In this document: positions 41,779 through 56,864 of the stretch, piece by piece
Position numbering within the stretch: position 1 is the stretch's first letter
How the letters are laid out: each line of letters opens with the position of its first letter
Assembly (NCBI GenBank): GCA_951406725.2
Contig: OX597823.1
Location: 57,288,001-57,352,000 of the forward strand
DNA: 64,000 nucleotides
From: Octopus vulgaris
Lineage: Eukaryota
Direction: 5' to 3'
The notes under the pieces: model-generated
What the model saw: the letters and a program-made list of their open reading frames with translations, nothing else
Databases searched by the model: none
What the model was told of the DNA's origin: nothing
Translations under genes and position numbers: made by a program

Positions 41779-43037
41779 GTACACATATATATATGTGCGT
41801 ATATGTATATAAGTACATATGGATGTTTGCGTACATGTATGTATGTATGCTTGCATATATGTTTGTATGTACGCATGTACGTACGTACGTCTGTATTAGT
41901 CTGTCTAACGTCTGTCTGAATGACATTTGTCCAAATATATTTAAAAGAAAAAAATCGCGGGAAAAATGTCGTACACCGCGCTTTATGCGCTTCCGTCATA
42001 TATATATGAATATATGTGTGTGTGTTTGTCTGTGTGTGTATCTATCTATCTATATATATATGTAGATATATAAATATGTACATATGTGTTTGCGTGTATA
42101 AATATGTACGCATGTTTGTATGTCTATATCTATATAAATGTATAGGTATGTTTGTATATATATATACCGCACACGACAACACGTGGGAGAGTATCTTTGA
42201 ATTTCTCCTCCTATATGTTCAATCCGTTATGCAGTTTGCTGGCGAAGCAGCGATACAGCCAGCCTACCATAATATACCCTGATATAAACCACCCCTATTG
42301 CAGTTTTAAATCCACCCACTACATTACATAATCAACTGTTACAGCAGCATGCTACTGTTGCTTTCGTTGACTGCTTCTCTGGTTCTGGCACTCTCTCTTC
42401 CCTCTCTCGTACTCTCTCACTCGCCCTCTGTATTTGGAAGGTTTTCTCACGATTCTTTCGCACTGACGCAATTTCATGCGCCTACACATACGCATGTATA
42501 CGTACAAATACACATACACGCTCTGTCGTTGCCACTACGATGTTTATACCCTTATGTTCGTGGCTAAATATATCTATCACTCAGTTATACTCATACAAAC
42601 CATTCATATATAGGCATACATGTTATGATAAATGTGCACATATCCGTATATCTGTATATCTGTATATCTGTATTTATCTATCTGTCTCTATATATACATA
42701 TTTATGCATATATATGAACGCATTTATACATCTTTCATATATGAAGTTATGTATGCATGTCTGTATACATGTATATATGTGTGTATGTGTGTGTACAAGC
42801 ATAGAAACAAATACACATTTACAAAGATACACACGGATATGTTTGTATGCATATAGATATGGGAACGTGTATATGACTGGATGTTTAATAAACATCAGAA
42901 TCTCGAGGAACATGGTTCGATATCACACCGTTACCTTTACTTCAGTTATATCCTATTTTAATGTCAAGGTGAATGGGAAACTGTTAGATAAACTACACAT
43001 ACATACATGTATACATAAATATTTGTATGTGTATATA

Positions 43038-43081
<44 letters not shown>

Positions 43082-43180
43082 TATGTATATATATATAAAT
43101 ATGTATATATACATACAAATATATATAAATACATACATATACATATAAATATTTATATATATATAAATATGTATGTATAA

Positions 43181-43253
<73 letters not shown>

Positions 43254-44029
43254 CATACATATCTAAATTGATGCATATTCAGCTGTCTACATATATGCTG
43301 TCTATACTGATGTATAAAAGTGCTTTATTATTAAGGGTTACACAAGATTTTGTCATGCATCTAATGTGACTGTGTTTCAAATGTGATTCTGAGTGTTTGG
43401 GTGCATAATACACCATTACATTTGCTTTTTTCCAAAAGTAAACTTCAATTCTACAAAGAAGTAGGGCTTTGCATTAAACATGGATGTGTGTCAAACACCA
43501 CCATATTCGGTGCATGTATACAATACATACAGGCATTCATACATACCAACCCGTCTGGTGCAAAATATGGTCCAATTTGAGATCCTGTGGAGAGAAAGCA
43601 AATCTTTAATTAATAGTCTACAAATGATCACGATATCAAGAACTATAAAAATTCTCGAGATTTAATGGATGATGAACAAAATAAGATACTTTCCTTCACG
43701 ACGTTGGTACCAAGTAGGCAGCAAGTCAAAATTTACTCTAAATAAAAATTAAAAAGAGAACCTACCTACAAATTCATACGTATATAAATATGTGTGTGTA
43801 CGGGACAAAAACGATCCAATAAAATTCAAAATGTTCCTAGATAAATTGACCCCAAAATGTCTAAGATAAACCAACTAGACTTGCGTATAAATCTGCAAAC
43901 AATAAAACTTTATTTCAATGGTCTATAATTCCCAAAGCCTGATTGTTGAAACATGAAAAACAATTAAATGTCATGACCTGGGTCTGACCGAAGCATACCT
44001 AAGTATCTAAGTGTGTACATATACATCCG

Positions 44030-44076
<47 letters not shown>

Positions 44077-44643
44077 ACATACACACATACATATATATAT
44101 ATACATATGCATAAATATATATATATATACATATGCATAAATATATATATATATATATACATATAGTTGTATGTATATATATATATATAGATAGATAGAT
44201 AGTTAGTGATGCAAAAATGTAATGAAAAACATTATATAAAATCACTACAATTGTTTCAACACATTTTTATACCTGTTGTACATTGGCAAGATGTATAACC
44301 ATTATCATCTATCCAAGATATAAAATGTGTCTCCTGAAGAGTCCTTTTAAATAAGTCCTTCGTAAGATCTTACCTTCATTTCATTGAATGTGAGAATGCA
44401 TACCCAAAGCGATTTCTCGTTTTCAGAAGTTTGCAGACAAACACAACACACACACATATATATATATATATAAATACATATATATATATAAATATATTTA
44501 TGTATGTATATGTATATATATAGATATATTAGATATAGATATAGATATAGATATATTGATGGGAGAATATTTTCATCCGCCTATAAATCGCAGCTTGCCC
44601 GCGAACTGGTAAAAAACATAACTGGTGTATGTGTATTCGATAT

Positions 44644-44705
<62 letters not shown>

Positions 44706-44709
<4 letters not shown>

Positions 44710-45027
44710 ATTTAATACAGAAACGAAAGAGCTACTGATAGTTTCATGCTTTTATGATTCTGCAATAAGCATATTTATAAAATATGCCTTATATCTTCAA
44801 GCAATTTTTCAGGCACTGTTTATGAGTTATATGAATTTTTTAAACTGCAAGGATGCTGGATAATCAGAAAATAAGTAAAAAAAGAACGCAAAAAATGTGA
44901 AGTTTGGTGTAAAACAGCCTGAAAGATTGCTTGGAGATACTTGGCGTATTTTATAAAAAAATGCCTTTTAGAGTATCATAAAGGTATGAAACTACTTGTA
45001 GCTCTTTCGATTATATATTAAATTGAT
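44706..45027. mobile_element. Fold-back element (arms ~44706-44821 / 44911-45027)
   Basis: ATCAATTTAATA..CGAAAGAGCTAC..TAGTTTCAT..TTTATGAT..CAAGCAAT.TTTCAGGC matches the reverse complement of the right arm; abuts (TA)n. Confidence 0.75.
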
Positions 45028-45094
45028 GTTTATACTACCCTACAGGATGGTGTAATTTTTTGGGGGGCAATTCTATCTCTGTTAGATCTGTGTA

Positions 45095-45139
<45 letters not shown>

Positions 45140-45142
<3 letters not shown>

Positions 45143-45395
45143 TTATGATAATAAAATGACAACAAAAGAATGAAAAAGACCTCGATATTCTATAAAACAG
45201 ATGAATTTATCGATAAACATAATACGTGACAATTAGTTCGTTGTCATAATAAAACTAAGTGTTTCGGATACTGGGGCTGAAGTCAGCTCCGGCATCTCAT
45301 CAGTTATTAAGGCAAAAGATAGCGTTTCGTCTTAATAACTGATGAGATATGCAAAACTCTGAGTTTTATTATGACAACCAACTAATTGTCACATA
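45140..45395. mobile_element. Penelope-like fold-back fragment with paired hammerhead motifs
   Basis: Inverted arms 45223-~45315 / ~45325-45395, between two (TA)n tracts. Confidence 0.75.
45247..45309 (-). ncRNA. Type I hammerhead ribozyme motif, canonical core
   Basis: TAATAA CTGATGA GATGCCGGAGCTG ACTT CAGCCCCAGTATC C GAAAC ACTTA GT T TTATTA: 6-bp stem I, long stem II, short helix III. Degenerate inverted copy at 45333-45371. Confidence 0.75.
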
Positions 45396-45396
45396 T

Positions 45397-45431
<35 letters not shown>

Positions 45432-45676
45432 AAGTAATTTACTCATTGACTTTTGTTTATTGAGTACTTCAGGAAGTCGCTTTCAGTTTCATATTCTGAT
45501 CTGATACATTGTAATACATTTTGCATATCAACATCTGAAACCTCTTAGATTTGCAAGTTCACCGAATATTTAAAAAAAAAATTCAGGACTAAACAACATG
45601 TTGATATGAATAGAGTTATATATCTATAGCTAGCAATACATGTATGTTTTATATATATATACACATACATCTCTCT

Positions 45677-45787
<111 letters not shown>

Positions 45788-45809
45788 GTATATATATTCT
45801 TTTATTTTC

Positions 45810-46012
45810 TTACTTGTTTTAGTCATTTGGTTGCGGTCTTGCTGGAGCATCGCCTTTAGTCGAGCACATCGGCCCCAGGACTTATTCTTTGTAAGCCTAG
45901 TACTTATTCTATCGGTATCTTTTGCCGAACTGCTAAATTATGGGGATATAAACGCACCACCATCGGTTGTCAAACGATTTTGGGGGGCAAACACACACAC
46001 ACACACTTATAT

Positions 46013-46093
<81 letters not shown>

Positions 46094-46460
46094 CGACAGA
46101 CTTCTTTTAGTTTCCGTCTACCAAATCTACTCACAAGGCTTTGTTTGGCCCGAGTCTATAGTAGAAGGCACCCAAGGTGCCACGCAGTGGGACCAAATCC
46201 GGAACCATGTCGTTGGTAAGCAAGCTACTTACCCCACAGCTACTCCTTCTCTCTATTTAGGAATAAGACTCGAAATTTTAGGGATAGGGCCTAGTCAATA
46301 TAATCGGATCAAGTATTCAAAGGGTACTTACTTCATCGACCCTCGAAAGGAGGTAAGGAAAAGACATCCTCGGTGGAATTTGAACTCAGAACGCAAAGAC
46401 AGACGAAATGCCCCTAAGCATTTTCCCCGGCTTGCTAACAAACCTGCCAGTACGCCGCCG
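45810..46460 (-). mobile_element. Adjacent family B (45810-46247) and family A (46250-46460) SINEs
   Basis: Diagnostic family motifs on the minus strand. Confidence 0.8.
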
Positions 46461-46833
46461 TTAGACACACACACACACACACACACATACACACGCACAT
46501 ATATTAGCGTTTGTTTTTATATGCAGTTATAATAAAAACATTTATTTTTACATTTTTACATTAATTTTACGTTAATTTTAGATTTATCTGATGGATTACT
46601 CAATACTTTTGCAGAGTATAAATTCATTATTCTTATACGAGAAAGAATTGGCAGTGACTTTGAAGTCACCAGTTAAGCCGCCATCGGACAAACAATGAAA
46701 GGGGAGAGTTTGCAACAAAAGTGAAGTTAAATAATTTTTGCCTATTTCAGGCACAATGACTTATCATAAGATTGAACGTCTGTGTAAGTAGATTTTGGCA
46801 TATGGATTACCGAAGGGGCATATATACCTATGT

Positions 46834-46885
<52 letters not shown>

Positions 46886-46930
46886 CCATGTCCATGTATA
46901 TGCACATATCCATGTATATGCATAGAAACA

Positions 46931-46978
<48 letters not shown>

Positions 46979-49588
46979 CACACTTCACACATACACGCAC
47001 TCACACAGTCATATATCACTGGGGGTGGTCACATGATCACTCGAACCATTTGAAGACGAAGTCCTAATATGGCTATCCAACGGCTGGTATCAGTAAAAGA
47101 AAAAAATATATATCCATATTTATCCTTCCTTCCCACTCCCACACATATATACTCCTGAAAATTGAGATTTCTTTTATCAGATATTTGATTAAATTTTTGA
47201 GGTGGATGGCCACCATTACACGGGTAATACCGTACTATTAAGATTCTAAATTTCAAGGCCCAAGCCATACAACCGTTTCGGTAGCAAAATTCTTCCAATA
47301 AAATATTAATAAATAAGGAAGAAAATATCACTAATAATTACACTTAATTATTCTTTTAAATCCATACGGTCTCATTTATATAAAAATATAACGTTTTTTC
47401 TACCCTTAGAAATTCATTCTTGGTTATCCCTTCTCTAGATGGACGCTCAGTATTTAAGAAGTGGGATATATTTGCTATATTCGATATCATTAAGTATTGC
47501 TTAAAATGGTCTAACTTTTCCACGTCATGACAAAAGAGAAAAATTATCTGGAAGAAAAATTTGTTTTGCTTTCTCATTAATGAAGAATCTGGGCTCCAGA
47601 ATTCTGAGTATTACATGGAAAGGGGAGTGGGTATGTCAGTTTGAGAACCTGTAGTCTTGCTTATAAGTATTTTGTATCATACTAATTTTCAGCATATCAC
47701 GTTATGGACTACCGGATGTTGTTAAACATCGCTGGTCACAATGAGCTTCGCATTCCTTTAGCTTTTGAATGATGCCACTCTGTTGGCTAGGTGAACAGGT
47801 CAACATTCCGCTCCCTCCCCACTGATCGGAAGGCTATCCAGTCACAAGGTTACTCATTTACAGCTGAATGGAATCGAACCCACGACGTCATGAACGAGAG
47901 TGCAATACACTAACCACTAGGCCACGGTCATTCGCATCATACTAATAATAGCCCGTAGTAATTGAGGTGCTTCTTTGATAGTAATTATACTTCGGTAACT
48001 GCAGTGCTTCTTCGATAATTAATTTCAGAAATGCAGAACGTAACGTTCTAATCTAAATTAAAAATTAAAACTTATGACAACGAGAGGAATAACGAATAAT
48101 TCTCTTTCTTACTGAGACACAGTTATATATAGTATATCGTTTAGTAGATAATGACTTTTGAAAAAAATATTGGCCGTTGAAAATATTAAGGATCGGCTTT
48201 TATAGGAGATGCATAGGTTTTCAATTTCTCAACTTCACCACTCAAGTGTGGATCGGTTTTGTTTGAGTATCATATATCTTTTATTATATATATGTATATA
48301 TATATATATCATATATCTTTTATTATATATATGTATATATATATATATATACCCTTCACTTGCTTCAGTCACTGAACTGCTGTCATACTGGGGTACTGAC
48401 TTGAAGGGTTTAGTCGAACAACTTGACATTGTAACATACATTTTATTTTATATAAGTTTGGTACTAATTTTATTAGCCCCTTTTTGCCAAAACAGGAAGG
48501 TACGGGACGACCGTCTAACAGAGCTACATGCAAGGCGTTGGTCATCTTGGAGTAAAAGAGAACTTCTTACCACACACCTGCGCCTAAAACATGATGGAAG
48601 CTCACCAACCAGGATACGAACTTTGATTTTTCTGGTCCTTAGTTCCGTAGTTGTTGTTTGTGTTGTTGTTTGCGGCATATATAAGTGTTTGGAGACGCGT
48701 GGTTTAGTGGTGAAGGTGTTGGACTCATGTCCATAAGTGTGTGGTTTCTATTCTTTGGCCGGGTGACGCGTTGTGTTCTTGAGCAAAACATGCATTTCGT
48801 TCACTTTGCCTCAATTCAGTCAGTTTAGTAATCCTGCGCAACGGATAAGCGTCCCGTCTAGGGTGAGGAATATATGGGCTAAAGAAATAGGGAAACCATT
48901 CCTGTGAGTCTATATGACTCGGGAAGAATCTTGATCCTATAAATACACACAGACAGAGGCATATATGTGTATATATGTTTACACTGTATTTGATGACATA
49001 AAAATGCATAGGCATAGTAGATATTATTCCAACTTCAGCACAGCATATTCAGAGAAACAGAAGAGTAAAGAAAAGATTTTTGTATATTCAAGAATCTATT
49101 ATACATTTCAAATTTTGGTACCAGGCCAGCAATTTCGAGGCTGGGTGTCAAGTTGATTACATCGACCCCCCAGTTCTCCATGGGCACTTATTTTATCGAT
49201 TCCGAGGGTTGAAAGCGGCAAAGTCGACCTCGGCGGAATAGTCAAGATTCTAATATAGGCACAATTTCGCAGTAGCAACCGGGGAAATACTTTAAATCAT
49301 TTTCCTTGAAAATGTGCGTCATAAATATTATATATGTATTAATACAAACACACACGCGCACTTATACACACATTCATACACTCAGGCACAAACACAAACA
49401 CATACACAGACACACAAACACACAGGCACACATACACATACAAATTTGAAAAAATGAGTAGAGATGACTTTTCTAATAATTTTTCCACTTTAATAATAAG
49501 ATTGGAAAAATTGTCAGAAAAGCCATTTCTATTCTCTTTTTTTAAATATACAATACTGTATCAAGGATTTTCTAGTTTTTATTCTATG

Positions 49589-49655
<67 letters not shown>

Positions 49656-49859
49656 TACCATATCTGTGATTGTACTTGTTTTGATGTTCAGTTAGAATAA
49701 AACTAATTTTACATTAACGAGAGTGGTTACTCTATGTTCTATTAGAGTACAAATTCATTATTCTTAAATAAGAATATTATTGGCAGTGACTTACGAAAAT
49801 GTTCGAACTGGCCGAAACTATGAAATCACAGTCAGCAATATTCTTGCTTTCATGGGCTG

Positions 49860-50054
49860 CTCAACTTGAAGAGAATTCTAACTGGGCCCCACCTGCAAGG
49901 TCATGTGGTGTTTATCTTGATAGGAAATCACCATGTCACGCACATATGGCTGTGATGCTTGTGCCTGGTGTGCCCTTATCGGACTGGTTGTCATGATAGG
50001 TATATTGGAATTCGGATATTTTAGCCCAGTGTCACTATGATGGCACACAATGAT

Positions 50055-50085
<31 letters not shown>
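49860..50085 (+). mobile_element. Probable LINE 3' UTR fragment ending in (AAT)n
   Basis: Complex GC-richer block ending CCCAGTGTCACTATGATGGCAC followed by an (AAT)n tail; family not identified. Confidence 0.4.
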
Positions 50086-50086
<1 letters not shown>

Positions 50087-50759
50087 ATACATACATACAT
50101 ACATACATACATACATACATACATAAATGCACATGTATATGCATAAATACATACATATATATATATATATATAAACACACATATATATATGCATATATAT
50201 ACATACATATATATGCATATATATATATATACATATATATATATATTTATATTTATATATACATACATATATGTGTGTGTGTGTGTGTATCTGTGAGTAC
50301 TTCTGTATATATAAAAGTATGAGAAACGTTTGACTGTCCCTGTGGAATTCTGACCAAAAGCACGAACTGGTAAAACTTGTAGGAGGCAGTTAGTAAGAAT
50401 AAATAGTATCGCATGCTTGAGGCCATAAGAACCTTTTTTTTTTTTAAAGAGTGACTCACGTCTTTGCAGCATAAATTTTTTACTGTTTTATAAAAAAGAT
50501 GAAATTCAATGATCTTCAACACATTCATATCAATGATCGGTGGTTAAGAAGTACGTTTCATAAAGAATCTGTTGCTGCAAGATTTATATTTTTCAAAATT
50601 AAATACAGAATAAATAAATCAATATAAATATAACCCTCACCTCATGTAAATCTTATATACATATACTCTTACACACACACATACACACATGTACATATAT
50701 ATAAATATATGAGTGAGAATGCGTTTGTGTGTGAGTGTATTTTTGCGCGAGAGTGTGTA

Positions 50760-50805
<46 letters not shown>

Positions 50806-50837
50806 CAAAAGAGAGAGAGAAGGGTAGATAGAGAGAG

Positions 50838-50918
<81 letters not shown>

Positions 50919-51861
50919 TATAGCAATAGAGAGAGAAAGCTAGAGAGAGAGAGACACACATACACACATATAATTAGCTTACTCAAACACACTATATATA
51001 TAGCATGATTTGTTTTTCTTCCATACATTTAATGCAGTTAATGGAGTACAAATCTAATGTTCTTTATCGACAGTCACTGCGAAGTTCCGGTCAGCCAAAT
51101 TATTATGGGGCTGTAATTCGTTTAATTCCTCTTGGTCTTATATAGTCTTCGTTAAGTTAACAACTAGAGAATGCTTAACAAAGCATATATATATATATAT
51201 ATGTATGAATGTATGTATATATATACTTAGATTTATATATATGTATATATATATATATATATGTATGCATGTATATATATAAAACAATGATAAGCAGGTA
51301 ACAAGTGTGATATTCAATATTCTGCACAATAGCCTACCCACAAGTTGATACCCAACATCGTACTAAACTGGAGTGGGGTGAAATGGGGAATACAGAACTG
51401 AGCCCCATGTACGGCTACGTGTTGCGCTTTACAGTGCCTTTTTCAGTATACGTGCATATACATACATATTTACACATATACAATATATATATGTAAAATC
51501 CAAATAGTAAGGCAAGGAAATACTTATCTCTCATGATTAGTAACAAGATGTGTTAGAGTAACTCTTTGTCTTATTATCTGGATTATAGTTTACACTTCGC
51601 TAAACCCAAATATCGACTTTAACTTAGTGAGACTAGGATTTTCTACAAGAATTTCGGTAGTAGTCTGGAATCAGACAGTGTTGATGGCCTAGAACTCGCG
51701 TTGAGTTCTTCTCTGGAAATAACCTATTTTATACACTACAAGGACCTATTATAATTCATGCTCCCTTTTTTTCCCTGTCATTTACGTCTTTGACGTCCTG
51801 TTCCCATATATATGCATGTGTATATACATATATGTAAGTATGTACATGTATGTATATATGC

Positions 51862-51898
<37 letters not shown>

Positions 51899-51901
51899 AC
51901 A

Positions 51902-51939
<38 letters not shown>

Positions 51940-52319
51940 GTTGAAACTAGTTTGGTATGTATATAAATAGATTCATTTAAAAGACAACTGCAAGGTTGTC
52001 AAATTCAGGTGAATTTTCAAAAACAAATCTCCTATACATATGTGCGCGCGTGTGTGTGTGTGTGTGTGTGTGTGTAAGTGAGAGAGAGAGAGTCTGTATT
52101 TATGTATGAATTATATTGTTCAGTTGTCATTCAATTAATTCATATTACAATTGTATATGCCTGACGCATTATTTTGAAGCATATTTTGAGTTCTAGCAAC
52201 AGGTTATTTGCATCGCTAAGCCTAAACGAAATCACATACTCACGGAAACGGATATTTGGTAATGCAAACAGGAAAAGTAGAACAGAAACCATGAGAATTT
52301 TCTTTGGTTCCTTTATTTA

Positions 52320-52661
52320 TTTCTGTCATTTGACTTTGGCCATGCTGGAGCACCGCCGTTAGTCGAACAAATTGATTCCAGGACTTATTCTCTGTAAGCC
52401 TAGTACTTATTCCATTGGTTCTTTTGCCGAACCGCTAAGTTACGGGGACGTAAACACACCAACATCGATTGTCAAGCTATGGTGGAGCGACAAGCACAAA
52501 TACTCACACACACATATAAACGAAAGGCCTTTTTCAGTTTCCATCTACCAAATCCACTCACCAGGCTTTGGTCGGCCTGATGCTATAGTAGAAGATACTT
52601 GCCCAAGATACTCAGAACTATGTGGTTGGAAAGCAAGCATTTTACCACGCAGTCACTCCTA
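52320..52661 (-). mobile_element. Family B SINE
   Basis: Reverse complement of the family B tail, body and head. Confidence 0.85.
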
Positions 52662-52843
52662 TATGAGTTTTTAAATGATAATCGGAGAAAGTTACAAAGA
52701 TGAGTCAATAAACAACGGGAATTTCAGAGATTGTAGATATGTCCAAACGGACGAAATTCTGGGTCCTGAGCCGCTCTGTAACTTCTGCCGATTATTATAT
52801 ATACACAAGCATACATATTTACACACACACACATATAGGTATA

Positions 52844-52889
<46 letters not shown>

Positions 52890-52995
52890 CAAAATGGGAA
52901 AAGAATAAAACATCTAGACAGTTAGGTGATATGATACAAAGAAAGGAAGGACGGGTCGTCCCTTTTTCGTATCACCTAATGACTATGTTTTATAT

Positions 52996-53051
<56 letters not shown>

Positions 53052-53215
53052 GTTCGGGGACGAATATCAGCAACAAATTCTAGAAGTGTGACCTACCCGC
53101 TGTTATATCTCTGATAAAAAAAAAAAAAGACTTTCCTGGAATGGCCTATGGTGGCCAAAAATTGACTATAATATGAAGTATAATATAAGTAATTGTCAGT
53201 TCCAAGTGGTATTAA

Positions 53216-53428
53216 GCTTTTCTGCTGTAGGAACAAGACCCGAATTTTTAGGGGAGACGGCCAGTCGATTAGATCGACACTACTACGCAACCAGGACCTA
53301 ATTTATCGACTCCCAAAGGAGGAAAGGCGAAGTCGACCTCGGCGGCATTTGAACTCAGAACGTAAAGACAGACGAAATACCGCTAAGCATTTTGCCCGGT
53401 GTTCTAACGCTTCTGCCAGCTCGTCGCC
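53216..53428 (-). mobile_element. Family A SINE with 16-bp TSD
   Basis: TTCCAAGTGG(T/C)ATTAA at 53200-53215 and 53429-53444. Confidence 0.88.
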
Positions 53429-53615
53429 TTCCAAGTGGCATTAATATAGAACTTATGGCCTGTGCTAGTTCTAGCCGATGATTATCTAAGTGACTACATA
53501 TAACAATATGTATATGTATATATTGATACACACATATATATATATATGTATATAATGTATATAATGTGTATATATAAATATATATATATATATGTGTATG
53601 TGTGCGTGTGTGTGT

Positions 53616-53666
<51 letters not shown>

Positions 53667-53683
53667 TATATATATAGTATTTT

Positions 53684-53905
53684 TATAAGCTTAGAGCTTA
53701 TGGAGATCACAGTGCAATGACTAAGGAAAATAGTTTAATAAAGGGGTATATAAGTCCTTGATCAAAAAAAAAATTGGTTTTCTATCCGGGTTCGAATCAC
53801 ACACGGATAGGAAAAGCTTTTTTTCTGTCGAGGGCGTATATGCCTCTTTATTAGACAAGTTTCCTTAGTCATTGCACGGTGATCCCCATAAGCAACAAGC
53901 TTATA
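53684..53905. mobile_element. Fold-back element with a Pol III B-box in the loop
   Basis: Arms 53684-53788 / 53804-53905 (GCTTATGG.GATCAC.GTGCAATGACTAAGGAAA..CTATCCG); loop GGTTCGAATCACACA. Confidence 0.75.
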
Positions 53906-53980
53906 TAAGTGCCATTATTATTATTTACAGGATTGTAAAACACGGAGCGGTATAACAAAATCATTAGTACTGAATATATG

Positions 53981-54088
<108 letters not shown>

Positions 54089-54441
54089 TCTATATATGTA
54101 TCTATATGTATCTATCTATCTATCTATCTATATATACATATACATGCATAAATATATACATACATATACATACACACACACACACACACATATATACATA
54201 TATAGATATGTCTTTATCGTTTGTGTTTATTTACAAATTATAATTGCATAAAATCATTTAGAAATATTTGTATTTATGCATATATTTATGACAGTCCGAT
54301 GCAAGATAGTGAAACCGAAACTTCGAGATCCCTCTCAAAAGTAATCTTGTTACCGAATAATAATTAATTACTCTGCCATAATTATTGAGTAGTCCTTCAG
54401 TTGAATGTAATATTTTTTTATTACAACTCGATGCAAAAACG

Positions 54442-54555
<114 letters not shown>

Positions 54556-54776
54556 TATAGGGTTATGCGCAGTGGAATCTTTAGAGTTTTGCAATACGTC
54601 TCTTAACTAACGAAAAACGCTGAGATCCACGTTGTCCTTCAAAATTCCGGGGTCGAAAATTATAGTGTTACTTCAAAACTGGAGTCCTTTTAATCGACTA
54701 ACAATCTGAAAGTTTCATGCCTTCTGTCAATATAAAACAGGTATACAATGACTGAAACAAGTAAAAGAATAAAAGA

Positions 54777-54842
<66 letters not shown>

Positions 54843-55055
54843 ATATTAATTAGAGACAAAACCACTATTATGCAAATCAAACAAAGTAAGACTTAATCCA
54901 ATACCAATCCTAAATCTGATTTTTCCTGTAAATGGATTTATTCCTAATATTTATTATATATATATATATATACATATTTTCATATGTGTATGTAAACATA
55001 AATATATATATGTATGCATATATATATATATATATATATATATACATTTATATAC

Positions 55056-55111
<56 letters not shown>

Positions 55112-55352
55112 CAGTTATATTTAGCTATATAAGTGACACACACACATACACACATAGCGAGAAGTGTATGCAGTGATAAACATCTGGAAAATCCTGGGAG
55201 GTCTATCTCCGAAATTTGGAATTAAAAGTTATACAAACCACCGAGCTGGACGGTACTGCATTAATACCAAATATACCGTCTTCATGTAAGAGAAGGACCT
55301 TTTATGATAGCAGCTTGGGTTTCAGGGGACGACAGATGTTTAACGTCATACA

Positions 55353-55580
55353 TATTTCTTTATTACCCACAAGGGGCTAAACACAGAGGGGACAAACAAG
55401 GACAGACATAGGTATTAAGTCGATTACATCGACCCCAGTGCGTAACTGGTACTTAATTTATCGACCCCGAAAAGAAGGAAGGCAAAGTCGACCTCGGCGG
55501 AATCTAAACTCACAACGTAACGCAGACGAAATACCGCTAAGCATTTCGCCCGGCGTGCTAACGTTTCTGCCAGCTCGCCG
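55353..55580 (-). mobile_element. Full-length family A SINE
   Basis: Close reverse complement of 2325-2560. Confidence 0.9.
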
Positions 55581-56077
55581 GGGAAGCTAAGTGATCGGCA
55601 AGGTGTAGATGTCGAAAGGTCGAAAATGCACCTGGACAAATTTATTTATTAAAAAAAATTTTTTTTTTTTTCTGGAAATCCCAGATGAGCCCACATCATG
55701 GCAGGAGACACAAAGAATAGAAGCTTCGTCGAACTCACTTCTTCAACAAAATCTTTACCCAGAGAAAACTACAAAAAATGAAAGGTAGTGCTCCAGCACT
55801 TTTACATGAATTTTATATAAACTTCATGTAAAAGAATTTTTAAAATAATAAAAGAACACATATGTGTGCAGATGTCACTTATGCTTCTAAATAAATACGT
55901 TATATACTTTTACGTCTATATAATTTGTCGATATATATATATATATTATATATAAATATGTTGCTAAATATATACGCTAATATATGTTTATGTATACGTA
56001 ATTTTCCGTTCTATTTATATACATATACATATAGGTATATGTATATATATATTCATATACATACATACATACATACA

Positions 56078-56113
<36 letters not shown>

Positions 56114-56178
56114 TATACATACATATATATATATATACATACATACATATATACATATATATATATATACATATATAC

Positions 56179-56227
<49 letters not shown>

Positions 56228-56362
56228 TAATTCTAATTATATATATATACACGTATATATGTGTGTCTGTGTGTGTATGTATGTATTGTCACCTGGTTGT
56301 CATATATCTATGTATATACATATATATATACATATATGCACACATATATATACATATATGTA

Positions 56363-56737
56363 TAGCTTGTTTACCAATCACATGGTTCCGGGTTCAGTCC
56401 CACTGCGTGGCACCTTGGGCAAGTGTCTTCTACTATAGCCTCGGACCGACCAAAGCTTTGTGAGTGGATTTGGTAGACGGAAACTGAAAGAAGCCCGTCG
56501 TATATATGTATATATATATGTATATATACGTGTATGTTTGTGTGTCTGTGTTTGTCCCCCTAACATTGCTTGACAACCGATGCTGGTGTGTTAATGTCCC
56601 CGTCACTTAGCGGTTCGGCAAAAGAGACCGATAGAATAAGTACTGGGCTTACAAAGAATAAGTTCCGAGTTGCTCGATTAAAGGCGGTGCTTCAGCATCG
56701 CCGCAGTCAAAATGACAGAAACAAGTAAAAAGAAAAA

Positions 56738-56740
<3 letters not shown>
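56363..56740 (+). mobile_element. Well-preserved family B SINE
   Basis: GGTTCCGGGTTCAGTCCCACTGCGTGGCACCTTGGGCAAGTGTCTTC..GGCGGTGCTTCAGCATCGCCGCAGTCAAAATGACAGAAAC. Confidence 0.9.
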
Positions 56741-56812
<72 letters not shown>

Positions 56813-56826
56813 TATATGCATACGTG

Positions 56827-56864
<38 letters not shown>

